This document shows, one piece after another, positions 11,480 through 24,840 of a stretch of DNA of 64,000 nt (position 1 is the stretch's first letter; each line of letters begins with the position of its first letter). The notes below the pieces were generated by a model that was given only the letters and a program-made list of their open reading frames with translations, was not told the origin of the DNA and ran no database searches. Made by a program: the position numbers and the translations under genes. Source of the DNA: Squalus acanthias (Eukaryota); NCBI GenBank assembly GCA_030390025.1, contig CM059432.1:120406001-120470000 (forward strand), in the 5' to 3' direction.

Positions 11480-13378
11480 ATGGCTGCTCAGAGAGCCCAG
11501 GGAGAGAGCTCAGCAGTTCAGCAACCAGGCATTGGAGGCTCTGGTTGTGGCTGTGGAACGCCGACGGGCAGTGCTGTTCCCAGACACTGGCAGGAGGCCA
11601 TTGCCCCGGGATTTCACAAGGATGTGGAGGGAGGTGGCCCAGTACGTCTCGTCCAGAAGGACTTACACTCAGTGCCGCAAGAAGTTCAACGACCTCACTC
11701 GAGTGGTCAGGGTGAGTAGATGCTTGAAATGCCTCTACATCCCACCATCTCAACCTCACTCTGTGCACAGATGGTATAAACTGCCAAATCCCCAACACTC
11801 ACCCAACAACTATGCCTATCTACTAAAAGTCACATCCACATCTCACACCTTGCCGACATTAACGACTATTCAACTATGGTAGGCACATCTGCCAAACACA
11901 TGGCTGCACACTCACTCACATGCTGTCCTTTTTCTTGCAGGCCAAGCTTTCTCGTAACAGGAGGGAGCAACAACGCACGGGAGGAGGTCAGGCGGAGCTG
12001 CAACCCCTCACACAGCTGGAGGAGTGAGTGCACAGTATCATCGCGAGCCATGTCGTGGGTGCTGTGGCAGTCAGAGAGGTCAACCCCCTTGGGACAGCAA
12101 CGGTAGGTTCATCATCTCTCCCTCCTCTTTCATATCACTTCCTCCTCACAAAACAAGCCCTTCCCACTTTCCATCTGACTATACTGTCTCCATTCCTTGC
12201 TCCCTTCCTGTCCCCCTCCCCTCACATTAAACCCACTCTTGTGCCTTCCTGCTTTCAGATAGTGAGCCACCATCTGACCAGCCTGTCCCTCAGCCTCCCA
12301 GTGGAAGTGACACGGGAGAGGAGGAGGAACACCAAGCCAGAGCCTCACTGCCTGCGTCTCCCGAGGGCGACACATTGGATACTTGGGCCACGCGGTCACT
12401 GGAGGGGAGCAGAGGAATTGGCTCTGATGTGGGTGAAGCTCCGGGACCCAGCGGGCTGCAACAACACCATGGGGAAAGGAAAGCTCAGGGGCCATCTCCC
12501 CAGAGGGTGAGTGCGCGCACGAGTTCTGCTGCACAGGACTTGGATGAGGACCTCAATATCGTGCGATGAACACACAAGTGATGAGCATGCATACTGAGCT
12601 AATGGGTACAATGGCAAGGGTGCCCGAGAGCATGGATGCACTGGCGAGGAGCGTGGAGGAGTCTGCCCCCAAGCACAGCTGTCATCTGTGCGCAAACCCT
12701 CGAGCCCATCCTTGCCTCATTTCAGAGGATGGTTGACTTGCAGGGAGACCAAGGGAACCCAGACCCCATGCCGCGTGTAATGGGTGAGGTGGCAGCATCT
12801 ATTGCAGCACAGACCGAGGCAACGCAATGGCTTCGTGCTGGAATTGAGTCATTGGTTGGTGCCATCCAGTCTCAGACTGCTCTGATGCAGTCTCAGATTG
12901 ATGCGACAAAAGCGCTGACTGCTGCCATCGTAGCTGAGGCAACCACTGTCCACCGGGGATCTGACGGTGCTGCAGCAGGCCAGTAATCTGTGCCCGAGCA
13001 GATTGCTCCGGATGCTGTGGTTCTGCCCCAGGGGAGTGGCAGTGTGTAGGTCGAGCAGGAAGGTGCTGTCCTCTCTCAGGATGACAGCATTCCTGCTCCC
13101 ACCACTGCCACTCCACCATTGCACTTGCCACAGCCTGTAACCCAGCCAGCCCAGACTGCTGCCGCCATGCAGAGTTGGTGCAGTCTGCAGCCGTGCCCTC
13201 GAGGCCCAGAGCTGGTCCAGAGTGTCCTGCAAGGCCATCTGCAAACCCTGGCTCCCAGATTCAGCAGCCTTCCGCCAGCCTTGCTGCAGCCACTGGGGCC
13301 ACATTACGGAGGAGCAGTAGGGTTGGAAGGGGGGAAGTGCGAATGGGAGGGAGATCATTGAAGAGGCCGACTAACTAA
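11480..13378 (+). pseudogene. Harbinger Myb/SANT-like protein, 3 exons (11480-11711, 11941-12102, 12259-13378)
   Basis: MWREVAQYVSSRRTYTQCRKKFNDLTRVVR then gtgagt donor; acceptors tttcttgcag and gctttcag; acidic and coiled-coil C-terminus; frameshifts. Confidence 0.85.
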
Positions 13379-13679
13379 AAATTTTAGACCAAATGGGGGG
13401 AGTGTTTGTACCAAAGATGGATGTGTTTGTAAATATATTGTTCACTTTGTTAAGAATTATTTCGATGTGCTAAGAACCAGTTGTGTTTGTTCATAAATTG
13501 TTGTGTTTGTTTGTTATTGGTTATGCTTAATAAGACACAGTTGTTCAGAATAATAAAAATGTTTATTTTAACGTTACAAATCTCCTCATGTTTCTCATTG
13601 GAACTTTGACTGGCCATAGGGGTTACAGGCTGGCTGTAATGATGTGGTTGTTAAGCCTAAATGCCATCTGCTCTCTCAT

Positions 13680-14858
13680 TCATCGGATGCACTGTGTAAT
13701 GAGGCGTTCACGAACGGCCCTTGCAGAAACATCATTAAGCGCCTCCCTCCCACGTTGTTGCTGCTCCTCCTCCTCTTCATCCTCCTCCTCTGCCTCCTCC
13801 TCCTCCTCTCCCTCTTCCTCCTCCTGAGGTGGTGCACCAATCCCTGGTGGCAATGGCTGGGTCCTCAGAATGGCGAGGTTGTGCAGCATGCAGCACACAA
13901 CAATGAAAACCGATACTCGATCGGGGGAGTACTGCAGGGCTCCTCCAGAGTGGTCAAGCCACCAGAACTATTGCTTCAGCACGCCGATTGTCTGCTCAAT
14001 GAGGTTCCTAGTGGCGCTGTGGCTCTCATTGTAGGTGAGCTCAGCAGGAGTGTTGGGGTTATGGAGCGGTATCATCAGCCAGGTGCAGTGTGGATAACCC
14101 TTGTCTCCGAGGAGCCAGCCGCGAGCTTGACGCGGTGGTTGGAACAGTGCTGGGACACCAGTCTGGCACAGGATGAATGAATCGTGGCTGCTGCCAGGAT
14201 AGCGGGCATTGACAGCGAGGATGCACTGTCTGTGGTCACACACCAACTGCACGTTCAGTCAATGGTAGACTTTGTGGTTGCGGAACACCTCTGCATTTTG
14301 ATGAGGTGCCCGCAATGCCACGTGCATGCAGTCAATGGCGCCCTGAACCATGGGGCAGCCCAATATCCTTGCGAAGCCATATGCGCATTCATGTTGTTTG
14401 TCTCGGGTCATGGAGAATGAGATGTACTCCCTTCTCCTTCTATAGAGAACAGTTGTGACCTCCCAGATGCAGCAATGGACAATGACCTGGGAGATGTTCG
14501 CAATATCCCCTGTTGAAGCCTGGAAGGAGCCGCTGGCGTAGAAATTGAGAGCGACTGTGATCTTCACTGCCACCGACAGAGACGTCCTGGTTCTGAGCTG
14601 AGGCTGGAGCTCTGGCTGCAGGAGGTGGCAGAGCTCTGTGACCACCTCCTTGCTGAAGCGGAACCTTCTAAGGCACTGTTGCTCTGGCAGATGGATATAT
14701 GAGAACTGCTCCCGGAATACCCTGGGAGGGTAAGATCTCCTGTGGAGAGCCCTGTTGACCCTCCTCCCTCTGGCCATGTTTTCCACTCTCTGTCTTTGCC
14801 TCTGCTGCCTCCGATGCTGAAGCTGGAGGGCGAGGCTCCGTGCCAGTACAGCCCCCAT
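13680..14858 (-). pseudogene. Harbinger DDE transposase, frameshifted
   Basis: VALNFYASGSFQ, GAIDCMHV, ARYPGSSHDSFIL, WLLGDKGYP, IEQTIGVLKQ, CCMLHN. Confidence 0.93.
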
Positions 14859-15900
14859 TAACTCTTGTAAATGTGGTAGTACGAAAGGTAAGAGAAATTG
14901 GAACCTGCTAAGTTTTGCTGATGACCAAAACTCCTTCAAGTAGGAAATCGTCAAATCTCTAAAAACGCCTCTCTCCCTCTCTCAACATGCGTAGGCACAA
15001 TTGATTGCCGACAGGAAAAAACAGGAAGCACACGCCTTTAAATAGCGCCTAGCCGACTGCAAACGGTCCCCCTCTACCTGTCGCTCCTAGCGGCAGGCGC
15101 TGAGGCAGGGGGCGAGAATCAATTTCCAGTCCAGGGCGCTACAGGGACGATGCACGCTTGGATGACGTCACGATCTCCGGGTGCAGGAATCGGCACTAAA
15201 ATCGGCGCGCAAGTGCGGTAAGTCGTTAGCGCCCATTAGCGCCCCCAGAGGTGCTAACAGGAGGTGATAACCAACCGAATTTTTCCCTCTATGACTTGAC
15301 TGATGATTTGCAGTAGGACCCTTGGGTGATTGAAGTGGTTCTTCCTTTTCTTTGATTGTAGGCTGTTCCCTTTCAATGAGAAAGTAGAGAATCTGAAGTC
15401 ACTCTGTGTGCCATCATATGGAAAGCAACCCAGATTTCGGAAGACATTCCTTAATGAGGTTGAGGTGGTACTCATTGTCAAGGCAATCTCCTTCCACGGG
15501 CCTGTATAAGTAGAATCACAGTCCTAGAATATCAGGCATATAAATATAATGAGAATGAGTGAACTGACATTTCTTTAGACTTAGTGATTTTCCAGATTAC
15601 TGATAGAATGGGTCTTCCACCTGCCCGTGTGACTCCATCACTAATCGGAGGTTTTTCGTCAGGAGTCCCTAATTATGTATGCATGGCAGGTTAGACCAGT
15701 ATTACTGCTTCTCAGTGGGTTATTGCCACTAGGAGGGAGGGAAGTAGAGTATTGCTGAGTGTTGAAAAGAGGGCCTGTATTTTTGGAGAGCAGAAGCCAG
15801 AATGCTGGAAAGAGCAGCAACCTTAGGGTGGGGGTGGGGGTGGGGATTGAGGCAGGGGGTCAGCGGCAGAAAGGGTTCCCAGATTCATAGGGTCATCTGA

Positions 15901-16232
15901 AAAGAAAAAGAAAGACTTGCATTTATATCGCACCTTTCACGGCCTCAGGACGTCCCAAAGCGCTTTACAACCAATGAAGTACCTTTTGAAGTACAATCAC
16001 TGTTGTAATGTAGGAAACGCGGCAGCCAATTTGCACACAGCAAGCTCCCACAAGCAGCAATGTGATAATGACCAAATAACCTGTTTTTAGTAATGTTGAT
16101 TGAGGGATAAATATTGACCAGGACACCGAGGATAACTCCCCTGCTCTTCTTCAAAATAGTGCCATGGGATCTTTTACATCCACCTGAGAGAGCAGACAGG
16201 GACCTCGGTTTAACATATGTGAAAGACGGGAT
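15901..16232 (-). mobile_element. DeuSINE (SacSINE1-like) 3' fragment
   Basis: Homologous to the full copy at 39075-39529. Confidence 0.75.
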
Positions 16233-16608
16233 ATTTTGTGGATATTTTATAAGCTGAAGGAAGGACTCAATGGGAATGAATGAGGAGGAAGCAGTGAGTA
16301 CAGTCTCCTTCCCCTCAAAAACTGCCACACAGTGCAGGAAGGAGTTTAATGGGCTCACAAGGGTGGCCAAGATAAGTCAACGCACTGTTCCCAATGCACA
16401 TCCTGTGCTAAATGATGGAGGCTTCACTCACCTCCTTACCTCTCATGCTATTTCTGTATCATCATCTGAGTTTTAGAGAAACTAACTTCTGAAAAGTTGA
16501 CTGGAAATACTGAGCAGCAAGTTAATTTGAAACCCCTTTGTGAACTCAGAATGCCTGCCACAAGGTGTCCTTCTTGTCTTGAAAGACAATTGATTTAAAG
16601 AAACAATG

Positions 16609-17195
16609 GGGGAGAAATTGGACCCCATTGTGCCTGTTTTTCAGGCACAAAATGGGGGCAAAAAGCACAAATTGAGTGAAACTATGCCCCATGCCTGAAG
16701 TACACTCAACATCATATTGTCGTGGGCGATATTTAGGTGTCTCTCACGACTGCCTGAAACAAGAGTTAGACCCCTTGCATGTGCTAATGCATGTGCCCAG
16801 GCAGCTCGCTGGTGAATCAAAATTGAATTTTGGTCCACTGTGTCACTGGCAGTGGCCCTTAGGGAGGAGGGAAGTGATCGAGAGAGGGGGAGTAAATCAG
16901 GGTGGGGGGGAGGCAATCGGGAGGGGGGCCGCACAGGGGTCTTCAGGACTGTTCTGGAGCTGGGAGGAGAGCTCCTGCTCCTCTGGGCTCTTCATTCAGA
17001 TAAGTATTTTGTTTCAAAACTTACCTTTATGGTGACGACCTCCCACGCTCCCTTTAAAGAGCACTGGTTAGGCTGCGTGTAGAATTGGATTTGGGCAGGC
17101 CAATTTTGGGAAGGGGTCCTGAAACAGGCATTAGGCTCCCCTAATTGCGCCTGCAAAAAGGCCCAATGCATGTTTCAGGCGGGGAGCCTGGAAGC
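16609..17195. mobile_element. Degenerate Harbinger-type MITE
   Basis: ggggagaaattgg end; internal similarity to 24841-26127. Confidence 0.45.
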
Positions 17196-18004
17196 CTATA
17201 CTTCAGCCTTTATCAATATGTGTGTGCATACCCCGCCTTCCTTCCTTTATGCCTGTGAATGAATTTTTAGGCTCTAAGTTTACATGAAGAGGAAGCTCTG
17301 CAGATAATCGACAGACAGACAGGAAAGGTTTTAGGAGATGGCATGGTTGGAGGTGAGGTGGTAAGAGAAGGTTGGGAAAGGCTGGGAAAGGCTCATCACT
17401 GGTAGTGTCCGTGGTATGCACTTGCTGAAAGTATTACAATGCTCTTACACAGCCACTATTTATTCAATGGAAAATGTTACTAAACAACTGCTGGAGAGTA
17501 GACGTGGGCTCAATACCATAAGAGAAAGACTGCTAAAAACGGGCCTCACTGGTTCACTGAGACAGGAGTCACTTCAGCCCTCTAAGGCTCCAGCAGAACT
17601 TTCCCAGCCATCATTTCTCAACCTCACATCACATCACATATTTATCCACCTCGTAAAATAGTAGATTAGGAACTAGTGCAAGTAGGTAGCTTGAGCAAAG
17701 GGTAAACATGGTGATAAGAAATAGTTATAGAAAGTGGCCTTGAAATTCCGTGGGATTGTCCTGGTTTCTTGTTGGAACTCTGGCAATAGACTGGAACATC
17801 CCCATGGAATTTCAGGGACAGAGTGTATAGATTTGTTGCCATTATTTGGTAAATGTTGGTCTGGAAAGTAAACACGGCTTGACCTTTGGAGTTCATTTTT
17901 GTGTATGCTTACAATTTATAAGAGTTGGATGATACCAGGTGAAATTGAGACTTCTGTCTTATGAAGGAAATAGACAGAAATCTTTGACAATGAAGGACTT
18001 TGTA

Positions 18005-18804
18005 AGGCGCGAAATTTGGAAGCGCTCAGTTTCAGGGGCGGTAACGCTGGCGAGGCCGGATATCCTGCGCCTGGTGAGGAAGTCCCGCCCCAGCCGTGAA
18101 ATTCAGCTTACCGCCCCGCACAGGAATTGGACCACAATCTCGGGCACTCCACTTCCTGGTGGGGCGGTAACCGAGGCGATGTCGGGGCGCGATTGACTGC
18201 GCTTGTTGGAGGCTCCGCGGTGCGCTGCCGCGTTTCAATGCCCCTCCCCTTCAGTTAAAGGGGAGGGCCACTGCGCACTCTACAGGGCCTCCGATGGTCC
18301 CAACTAGGCCACCAGGGCGGCATAATGCCGCGGCCGCAGATGACGCCGAGACACGGTGCCGGGCTGCGCGATCGTAGCCAAGACCACGACACGGCACACC
18401 ACAGAGGGCCAACCTGGAGGTCGGCCAAAAAAAAAAAAATGGTGGCGCGGGCTGCGGCCGCACCTCCCCTTTAACTATCACCCCGCGAGTGGAGGTCGTC
18501 CTGGGTCGCGGCCCACGAGGCTGGCGCTGACATCGCCTGTGGTAACCTTGCGGGCCACAGCCGAATTTCTGCCGCGGGGCAATAAGGGGCCGCAGCGGGG
18601 TGCTAAGGGGTCACGGCACACGGCGATGATGTCATCGGCGATGGCGCAGCGGCCTGGGACGCTACCGGCGGGGGCGCAGCGCTATCGGGTAGCGCTTCAG
18701 CAACGCCCTGCCGAATTTCGCGGGAGGCGCTTTTTTTGACCCCCCAGGCTATAACCCCTCCAGAGGCGCTAACAGCAGGCGCAAAGGAGCCAAATTTTGC
18801 CCCC
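18005..18804. mobile_element. GC-rich Harbinger-type MITE (family B related)
   Basis: TIR-like ggcgcgaaatttgg / ccaaattttgcccc; shared ttaaagggag and gatgatgtcatcg motifs. Confidence 0.8.
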
Positions 18805-19108
18805 ATAGAATTTATAGCACAGAAACAGGCCATTCGCCCCAACTGGTCTATGCCGGTGTTTATGTGCCCCACGAACCTCCTCCCACCCTACTTCATCTAA
18901 ACCTTTCAACCTATCCTTCTATTACTTTCTCCCTCATGTACTTATCTAGCTTCCACTTAAATGCATCTATGCTATTCGCCTCAACTACTCCATGTGGTAT
19001 CAAATTCCACATTCTAACCACTCTCTGGGTAAGGAAGTTTCTCCTGAATTCCTTATTGGATTTATTAGTGACTATCTTATATTTATGATCCCTAGTTTTG
19101 AACTTCAT
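18805..19108 (-). mobile_element. CR1 3' fragment
   Basis: RRNFLTQRVVRMWNLIP..F KWKLDKYM plus CR1 3' UTR. Confidence 0.85.
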
Positions 19109-19199
19109 TTGGTGTGTCAACTTTTATTCTTCAAAAACATTAGGTTATAAGGTATCTCCTCCCTTCTGTGGCTGCTGGCTCCGCTGTTTGACATATTGT

Positions 19200-19961
19200 C
19201 CTTCCTGTGTCAACCTGGGGGAATGGAGGTCCTTCCCCACCATCTTCATCATCATTGCCTTTCACTTCCAGAAGCTGCAAGCCTTTCTGTGTAGTGATAT
19301 TATGTAGCAAGCTTCAATGATTCTGGAAACCTTTGTTGGACTGTATTGCAGGGCTCCTCTAGATGTATCCAGGTACCTGAAACAAATAGCAGAATTGCTA
19401 TAGTCTGCTTTATCACAATTCTTGTAGTACCATGGGCCTCATGATATTTGCCCTTCCCCTTTGCCTGCAGACATGAGCCATAAAAAAATTGATCATCAAT
19501 CAACCATGCTAATACATGGCTGTGAGAAATCAGGGTTGGTATGGGGGAATTGCTGCATGATGAAAGTGTCAATAAAGCTTCCTAGGTAGAAGGCTTTAAC
19601 ATGCAGAATAAGGTGAGAAGCATTGCACACTAGCTGCACATTAACAAGTGAAAGCCTTTCTTTGTTGATGACTATGTATAGCAGGAAAAGTGTTGAGAGA
19701 ACTTCCAGAGCACTAGCTACCTAAAATCAATATGCTAGCAAAAGTAAAAGAAATATTCAGCTCTAGCAATACCAATGGCTTCCTCAATGCGGTATTCATG
19801 CAGGGCCACCAGTGCACTGCTCACACCTCCACTCGTACAGTGCCGGTTTTAATTTAGGTTGCAAGTTGGGGAAAATATAACCTTCCCAGCTTCCCAGGTA
19901 GTGAGTATTAACATGCAGAGTAAGGTGAGTGGCATTGCACATGAGAAGAAAGTTCAGCCCA
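19200..19961 (-). mobile_element. Old Harbinger transposase remnant
   Basis: YHEAHGTTRIVIKQTI and GALQYSP motifs; a ~53-bp transposase segment occurs twice (~19577 and ~19890). Confidence 0.55.
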
Positions 19962-20164
19962 TTGGGTCAGATTAATTTGGCCCAATCTGACTGTTACCTT
20001 TTGAAAGCAAAATTTAACCGACCCAAATCAAAATAGCAGATGCTTTTAAAGCTTCCGTGCAATCTGAATCTGTTGGCACTGAGCAAAGGAAACCAGCCAA
20101 ACAAATCTCACCTGCAATAATGCTGTTTCATCACATCTCAAAGCATTTAAATTGGCATGCAACT

Positions 20165-20569
20165 AAAGAAAGACTTGCATTTATATAACGCCTTTCACGA
20201 CCTCAGGACATCCCAAAGCACTTTACAACCAGTGAAGTATTGTCACTGTTGTAATGTAGGAAACTCGGCAGCCAATTTGCGCACACTAACAGTGTGATTA
20301 TGACCAGATAATTTGTTTTAGTGATGTTGGTTGAGGGTCACATCATGGCTAGGACTCCCCTGCTCGTTTTCGAATAGTGCCATGGAATCTTTTACCTGAG
20401 AGGGCAGATGGGGCCTCGGTTTAAATTCTCATGCGAAAGACGGCAATTCCAACAGTGCAGCACTCCCTCAGTATCCCTAGGTTTTGTGTTACAAGGCTCA
20501 TGAGTGGGACTTGAACCCACAAGCTTCTACCCCTAGAGGCAAGAGTGCTGCCATTGAGCCACAGCTAAC
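20165..20569 (-). mobile_element. DeuSINE (SacSINE1-like), near full length
   Basis: A box TGGCTCAATGG, B box GGTTCAAGTCCC, Deu-like core, L2-like tail. Confidence 0.8.
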
Positions 20570-20811
20570 TAGCATATGTGGTGAACATTTTGTTCATTTG
20601 ACTATGAAGTATGCAAAGTTTAGTCAAGATGGCAAACAAAAAATTTTCAACATCTGTTTTACAGATTTGGGCATTGTTGTACACAATTAGAGAGCATGTT
20701 GGAAATGCACAGTGAACCTATTGAGCCAGGACGCTAACTGACAAACAATACAGAGAAATAGTGAATTTAGGGAGTGCAACCATATCACCCAGTTTATCAA
20801 TCTGACTCTAA

Positions 20812-21632
20812 GGAGGCGATTTTGCCAGCCCTGGGGAGGCAGGTATGGAGGTGGGACTGCCGGGATAATGGTAGAATTTGGGGGCGGGTGCCTCCATGCC
20901 ATCTTCCCAGGAAATGGATAGCCGTCTCATGCCGGGTCCCATCTCCTTGGAGGCGGGAAGGGATTAAAGCCTATTAACTGCCTGTTAACAGGTAGTTAAC
21001 AGGCAGAAAATAGGATTATCCCCATTTTGCCCTCACAAGTGCGGGCTTCCCGAAGGCTCCAAAACCCGCCAGGTCAGCGAGGCGAGTAGTGGGTCTGCGG
21101 GGGTCGGGGAGGTGCAAAAGTGTGCTGTGAAGGTAAGTGATGGGTGCAAGAGTGTAGAGGTGAGTATCTGAGGTAAGTGCAAAGTGTTTTTCAAAGTGTA
21201 CTTACCTTTGTTTCTTCCTGCGGGCTTCAGTCGGTGTGTATGCGGAGAGTCTCGGACCTCCGCGGTAGAGATGACAGATGGGCGTTGCATTCTCCAGTGC
21301 AACAACCATCTAATTTCTACAAAAGAAAGATGTTTGATGAGGTCTTGCATTCAAGACCTCATCAAACTACAGAGAATGTCACTGACAGCTTCACAGAGCT
21401 GTCAAACGATGACAATTCATCTGTCAAAAATGTTTGACAGATGAAACGTCATACGTTGACGTTCTCTGCAACCGGCTTTCCCTTAATTGGCCTGCTAAGC
21501 CCGCTGGGTGGGCTTAACAAGGTCAATCAAGGGAAAATAGCGTGGGTTGGCCGGAAGTTGTTGGAAGCGGGACTGAAACCCGACAAGTGGGAATCCCGCC
21601 TCCAAAAGCTCCCCATTGGCAAAATCATCCCC
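20812..21632. mobile_element. Harbinger-type MITE (family A-like TIR)
   Basis: TIRs ggaggcgattttgcca / tggcaaaatcatcccc (13/16); perfect TAA TSD. Confidence 0.85.
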
Positions 21633-22500
21633 TAACTGGTAGCCCTGACTTGATTCCTGTTGGTAGCCTAGACGCAATTCCTGTTGTCAGCTCTGTCCCA
21701 ACTCTCACTGGTATTCCTGACCTACTCTTACTGCATCCGACATGCATCAGGTATGTAATTAACTATCAACTCCTGAGCACAAATGTCCCTCTTGTGTCTA
21801 CTGCTCTTGTGTGGTTAAGTAGATAAGGCTAATCTCTACAAATACTGCAACTTCCAGTTTAAATATGCATGTGTTGGAAACATCTCACATTCGCCTCCTA
21901 ATTCTACCATTTACTGCTTCTGTCAGTGCTCTGTTGGAATTTTGTCCTCCCTTTATATCATCACCAGTTTCATCGTAAATAATCAACTCAATTTATCTGT
22001 TCCTGCTCCGGCACAAACTTTTCTCTGGATTGCCTTAAAAAAGGAAATAACAGTCCTTAAGATGAATTTTTTGTTTGCTAACTTTTACAAACAGAGTTTG
22101 ACAGGAGAGCATTTCTGAACAACAGTGAAAATGGAAGAAAATCCTAATCACTTTTTTGGGGGGGGCTATCAGTTTTTTGTGTGTTAAAATTAATAGAAAT
22201 AGTAAGATGCTCCTTATTCTCTACACATCCAGATACTCCAGATTCACTCAAAAAGTGATAGACATCCCATTCTGGATTTTTCTTAGATTTATCACTCAAT
22301 TTTAAGCTTGTTTGGGGGCGCTAAACTGAAGAAAATGAAGTGCTGAGGCCTAGCATATCAAATCCAGCCTGACAGAGTCATGTGGGTAGGTGGAAGCCCA
22401 GCCTTGCCACTCACCTACCTAGAAAAGCCAGACCACCAATTTTAAAGAACAGTGTTATATTTTTTATAGAATATTATTGAATTTTTACACAGATATTAAT

Positions 22501-23889
22501 GGGCCGTATTTTGCTGTAGAAGTAACGGTGTGGCTAACAGCGCTCACTGTTATCTCAATAGAAATCGGACCACGCATGCATAATTAAATGTGGAAATCAG
22601 GAAGTTGCTGTCTGAGTTGCCCTGCTCCTCCAAAAGCTGCTTGATAATGGTATCTCACCGTGAGACTCACCATTCAAATACATTGAACGGCGTAAAGTTA
22701 CTGTACTTACCTCACACTTACCATTCCAGTGTAAGTGTGAAGTCTTATTCCTTCAGATTTTAATTATTGTTGGAGATTTTTAAAAAATTAAAGAATGTAA
22801 ATTTTAAAAAATTATCTGTGTCGCTTTTATCACCCTTCTCTTAATCCAACCTTTCTTTCCCTCTCTTTATTTCGCTTTCTGTACCTGATTTGACATTGAA
22901 TTCAATATTCCAACTGACACTTCCTGGTTCAGACTCTGCGCTGCTCATTAATGATTCTTCAATCTGATACGAACATACGAACATGACGGACAGCCAGCCT
23001 GTCCCACACAATTGTGATACCTTGTGTATCACAATATATACTCTCCACCCCATCCCACTCAAAACCATGTGATCTCCTGGGAGTGGCAGAAAAACAGATT
23101 AAAAACCCCAGGCCAATTTGGGGATAAAATCTGGGAAATTCCTCCCCGACCCATCTAGGCGATCGAAACTAGTCCAGGAGATCACTCTGGCCCTGAATCT
23201 CCTGCAGTACCTACCTTCTGTAAGAGGTGATCTCTGCCCCAGCCAGAAACAGGCCCAGCTCTCGCTTGAAGGATTTCAGCGAATCAGCATCCACCGCACT
23301 GGTGGTCAGCCTGTTCCAGAGGGCCACTATTCTCTGATAAAAGAACCATCTCCTGACATCTAACCTAGATATGACCTTATACAACTTAAATTTGTGACCC
23401 CTGGGTCTCTAACCTATTTAATTGGAACAAACTGTCAACTGGAACACAATCTATTCTCTTCATCATCTTATAAACCTCAATCAGATCCCCCCTAAGTCTG
23501 CGCTTCTCTAAAGTGTAGAGTCCCAACTCTTTTAGCCTATCTTGATAATTAAGGTGCTTTACACTGGGAATTAGTGACCCTCCTCTGCACCCTCTCCAAA
23601 GCCTAAAAAACAACAGCTTAATTTTTAGAGCCTCTTCGAAGGCCTGCAAACGAGTGCAATTAGTGGAAACTCCCAATGGTGATTAATTCGATCTGGGGGT
23701 GTGACCAGTTTTTTTGGCGGGGCCGACTTCTACCTCGATGTTTTTTAAACTAGTGCAAAAGATCGCGGAAACTCGAGTTGTGCTGGATGTAATTTGAGGT
23801 TAAAATTCTGCCATCTTTTGGGCTACTTTCGCTGATTTGGGGCGAATTTGGCCGAAAAAACCAGCGCAACCGAGGAGAAACTCCAGGCC
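22501..23889. mobile_element. Degenerate Harbinger-type MITE containing a CR1 insertion
   Basis: gggccgtattttgc start, gaaactccaggcc end, AAT on both flanks; weak TIR match. Confidence 0.45.
22968..23603 (-). mobile_element. CR1 3' fragment
   Basis: YQDRLKELGLYTLEKRRLRGDLIEVYK; gaacatac tandem tail. Confidence 0.85.
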
Positions 23890-23976
23890 AATGTTTTAAG
23901 TTATCTACCGATGTAAAGTGTAACACAACAACCTGCAGTACTTACATGTTGTGTGTGTTCACCATTTCGTTAAGAA

Positions 23977-24240
23977 TGAAAGAACTTGCATTTACATGGC
24001 GTCTTTCATGTCCTCAATATGTCCCAAAGTGTTTTCACAGCAAATGAATTAGATTTGAAAAGTAGTCACGTTTGTTTTGTAGGAGAATGCTGCAGCCAAT
24101 TTGCACATAGCAAGGTCTCCCGAAAAGCAAATGAGACAAAGGACCAGTTGATCTGTTTGGTGATGTTGGTTGAGGTGTGACTGTTAGCCAGGACTGCAGG
24201 AGAATTCAATGCTCTTCTTCAAATAGTGCCACGGGACCTG
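23977..24240 (-). mobile_element. DeuSINE 3' fragment, diverged
   Basis: Homologous to 39075-39529. Confidence 0.65.
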
Positions 24241-24840
24241 TTACTTTTGATAAGTTAACTCAGAGAAGGAAAGCACCACGAATTATTGTCTTATCTTCTT
24301 CAATTAATTTTGAGCTGGCATGTATTTGCATGAAGCTAGACTGCATATCATCAATTTATCAATCTTTATTGTATTAGTATTCAGTAATAGTAGACTCAAG
24401 AATCTAATTAGCATAGAGCTGGGAGACAGAACTTAAACACAATTAACAACTCATTGTTGCAGGGCCAAACCTTCACGTAATCACACGTTCTGCTGATGTT
24501 TGTGATATTGTAGTTTACAGTCCGAGGGCTTGAAGTGAAAATAACAAGAGGCAGGTTTTAAGAGGAAGTATTAAATGCCAATGAATGACACAAAACAATG
24601 ATATGTTGTAATATAAGGCTAAAAATTATTTTGGGTGATATTAGCATGCAAATATATAGCCTGTCTGTTCAACCTCCTCTGTTCTTAAAAGTGGCATTAA
24701 CATATTTATTTTGTTAAAATAGCGGACAGGGGACTGTCATTTGAATGCATTAAGTATTAGTACATTAATATTGCTAACTGTAATTTCTAGCCATTACTAA
24801 CTTAGGGCAGGTCTACACAGTGCAGTAAAAAAAATACATT

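Larger units (their letters stand above)
11124..15289. mobile_element. PIF/Harbinger DNA transposon, family B (decayed, full length)
   Basis: TIRs gggggaaaaattcggt / accgaatttttccctc (15/16); flanks cat/tat; two convergent genes. Confidence 0.93.
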
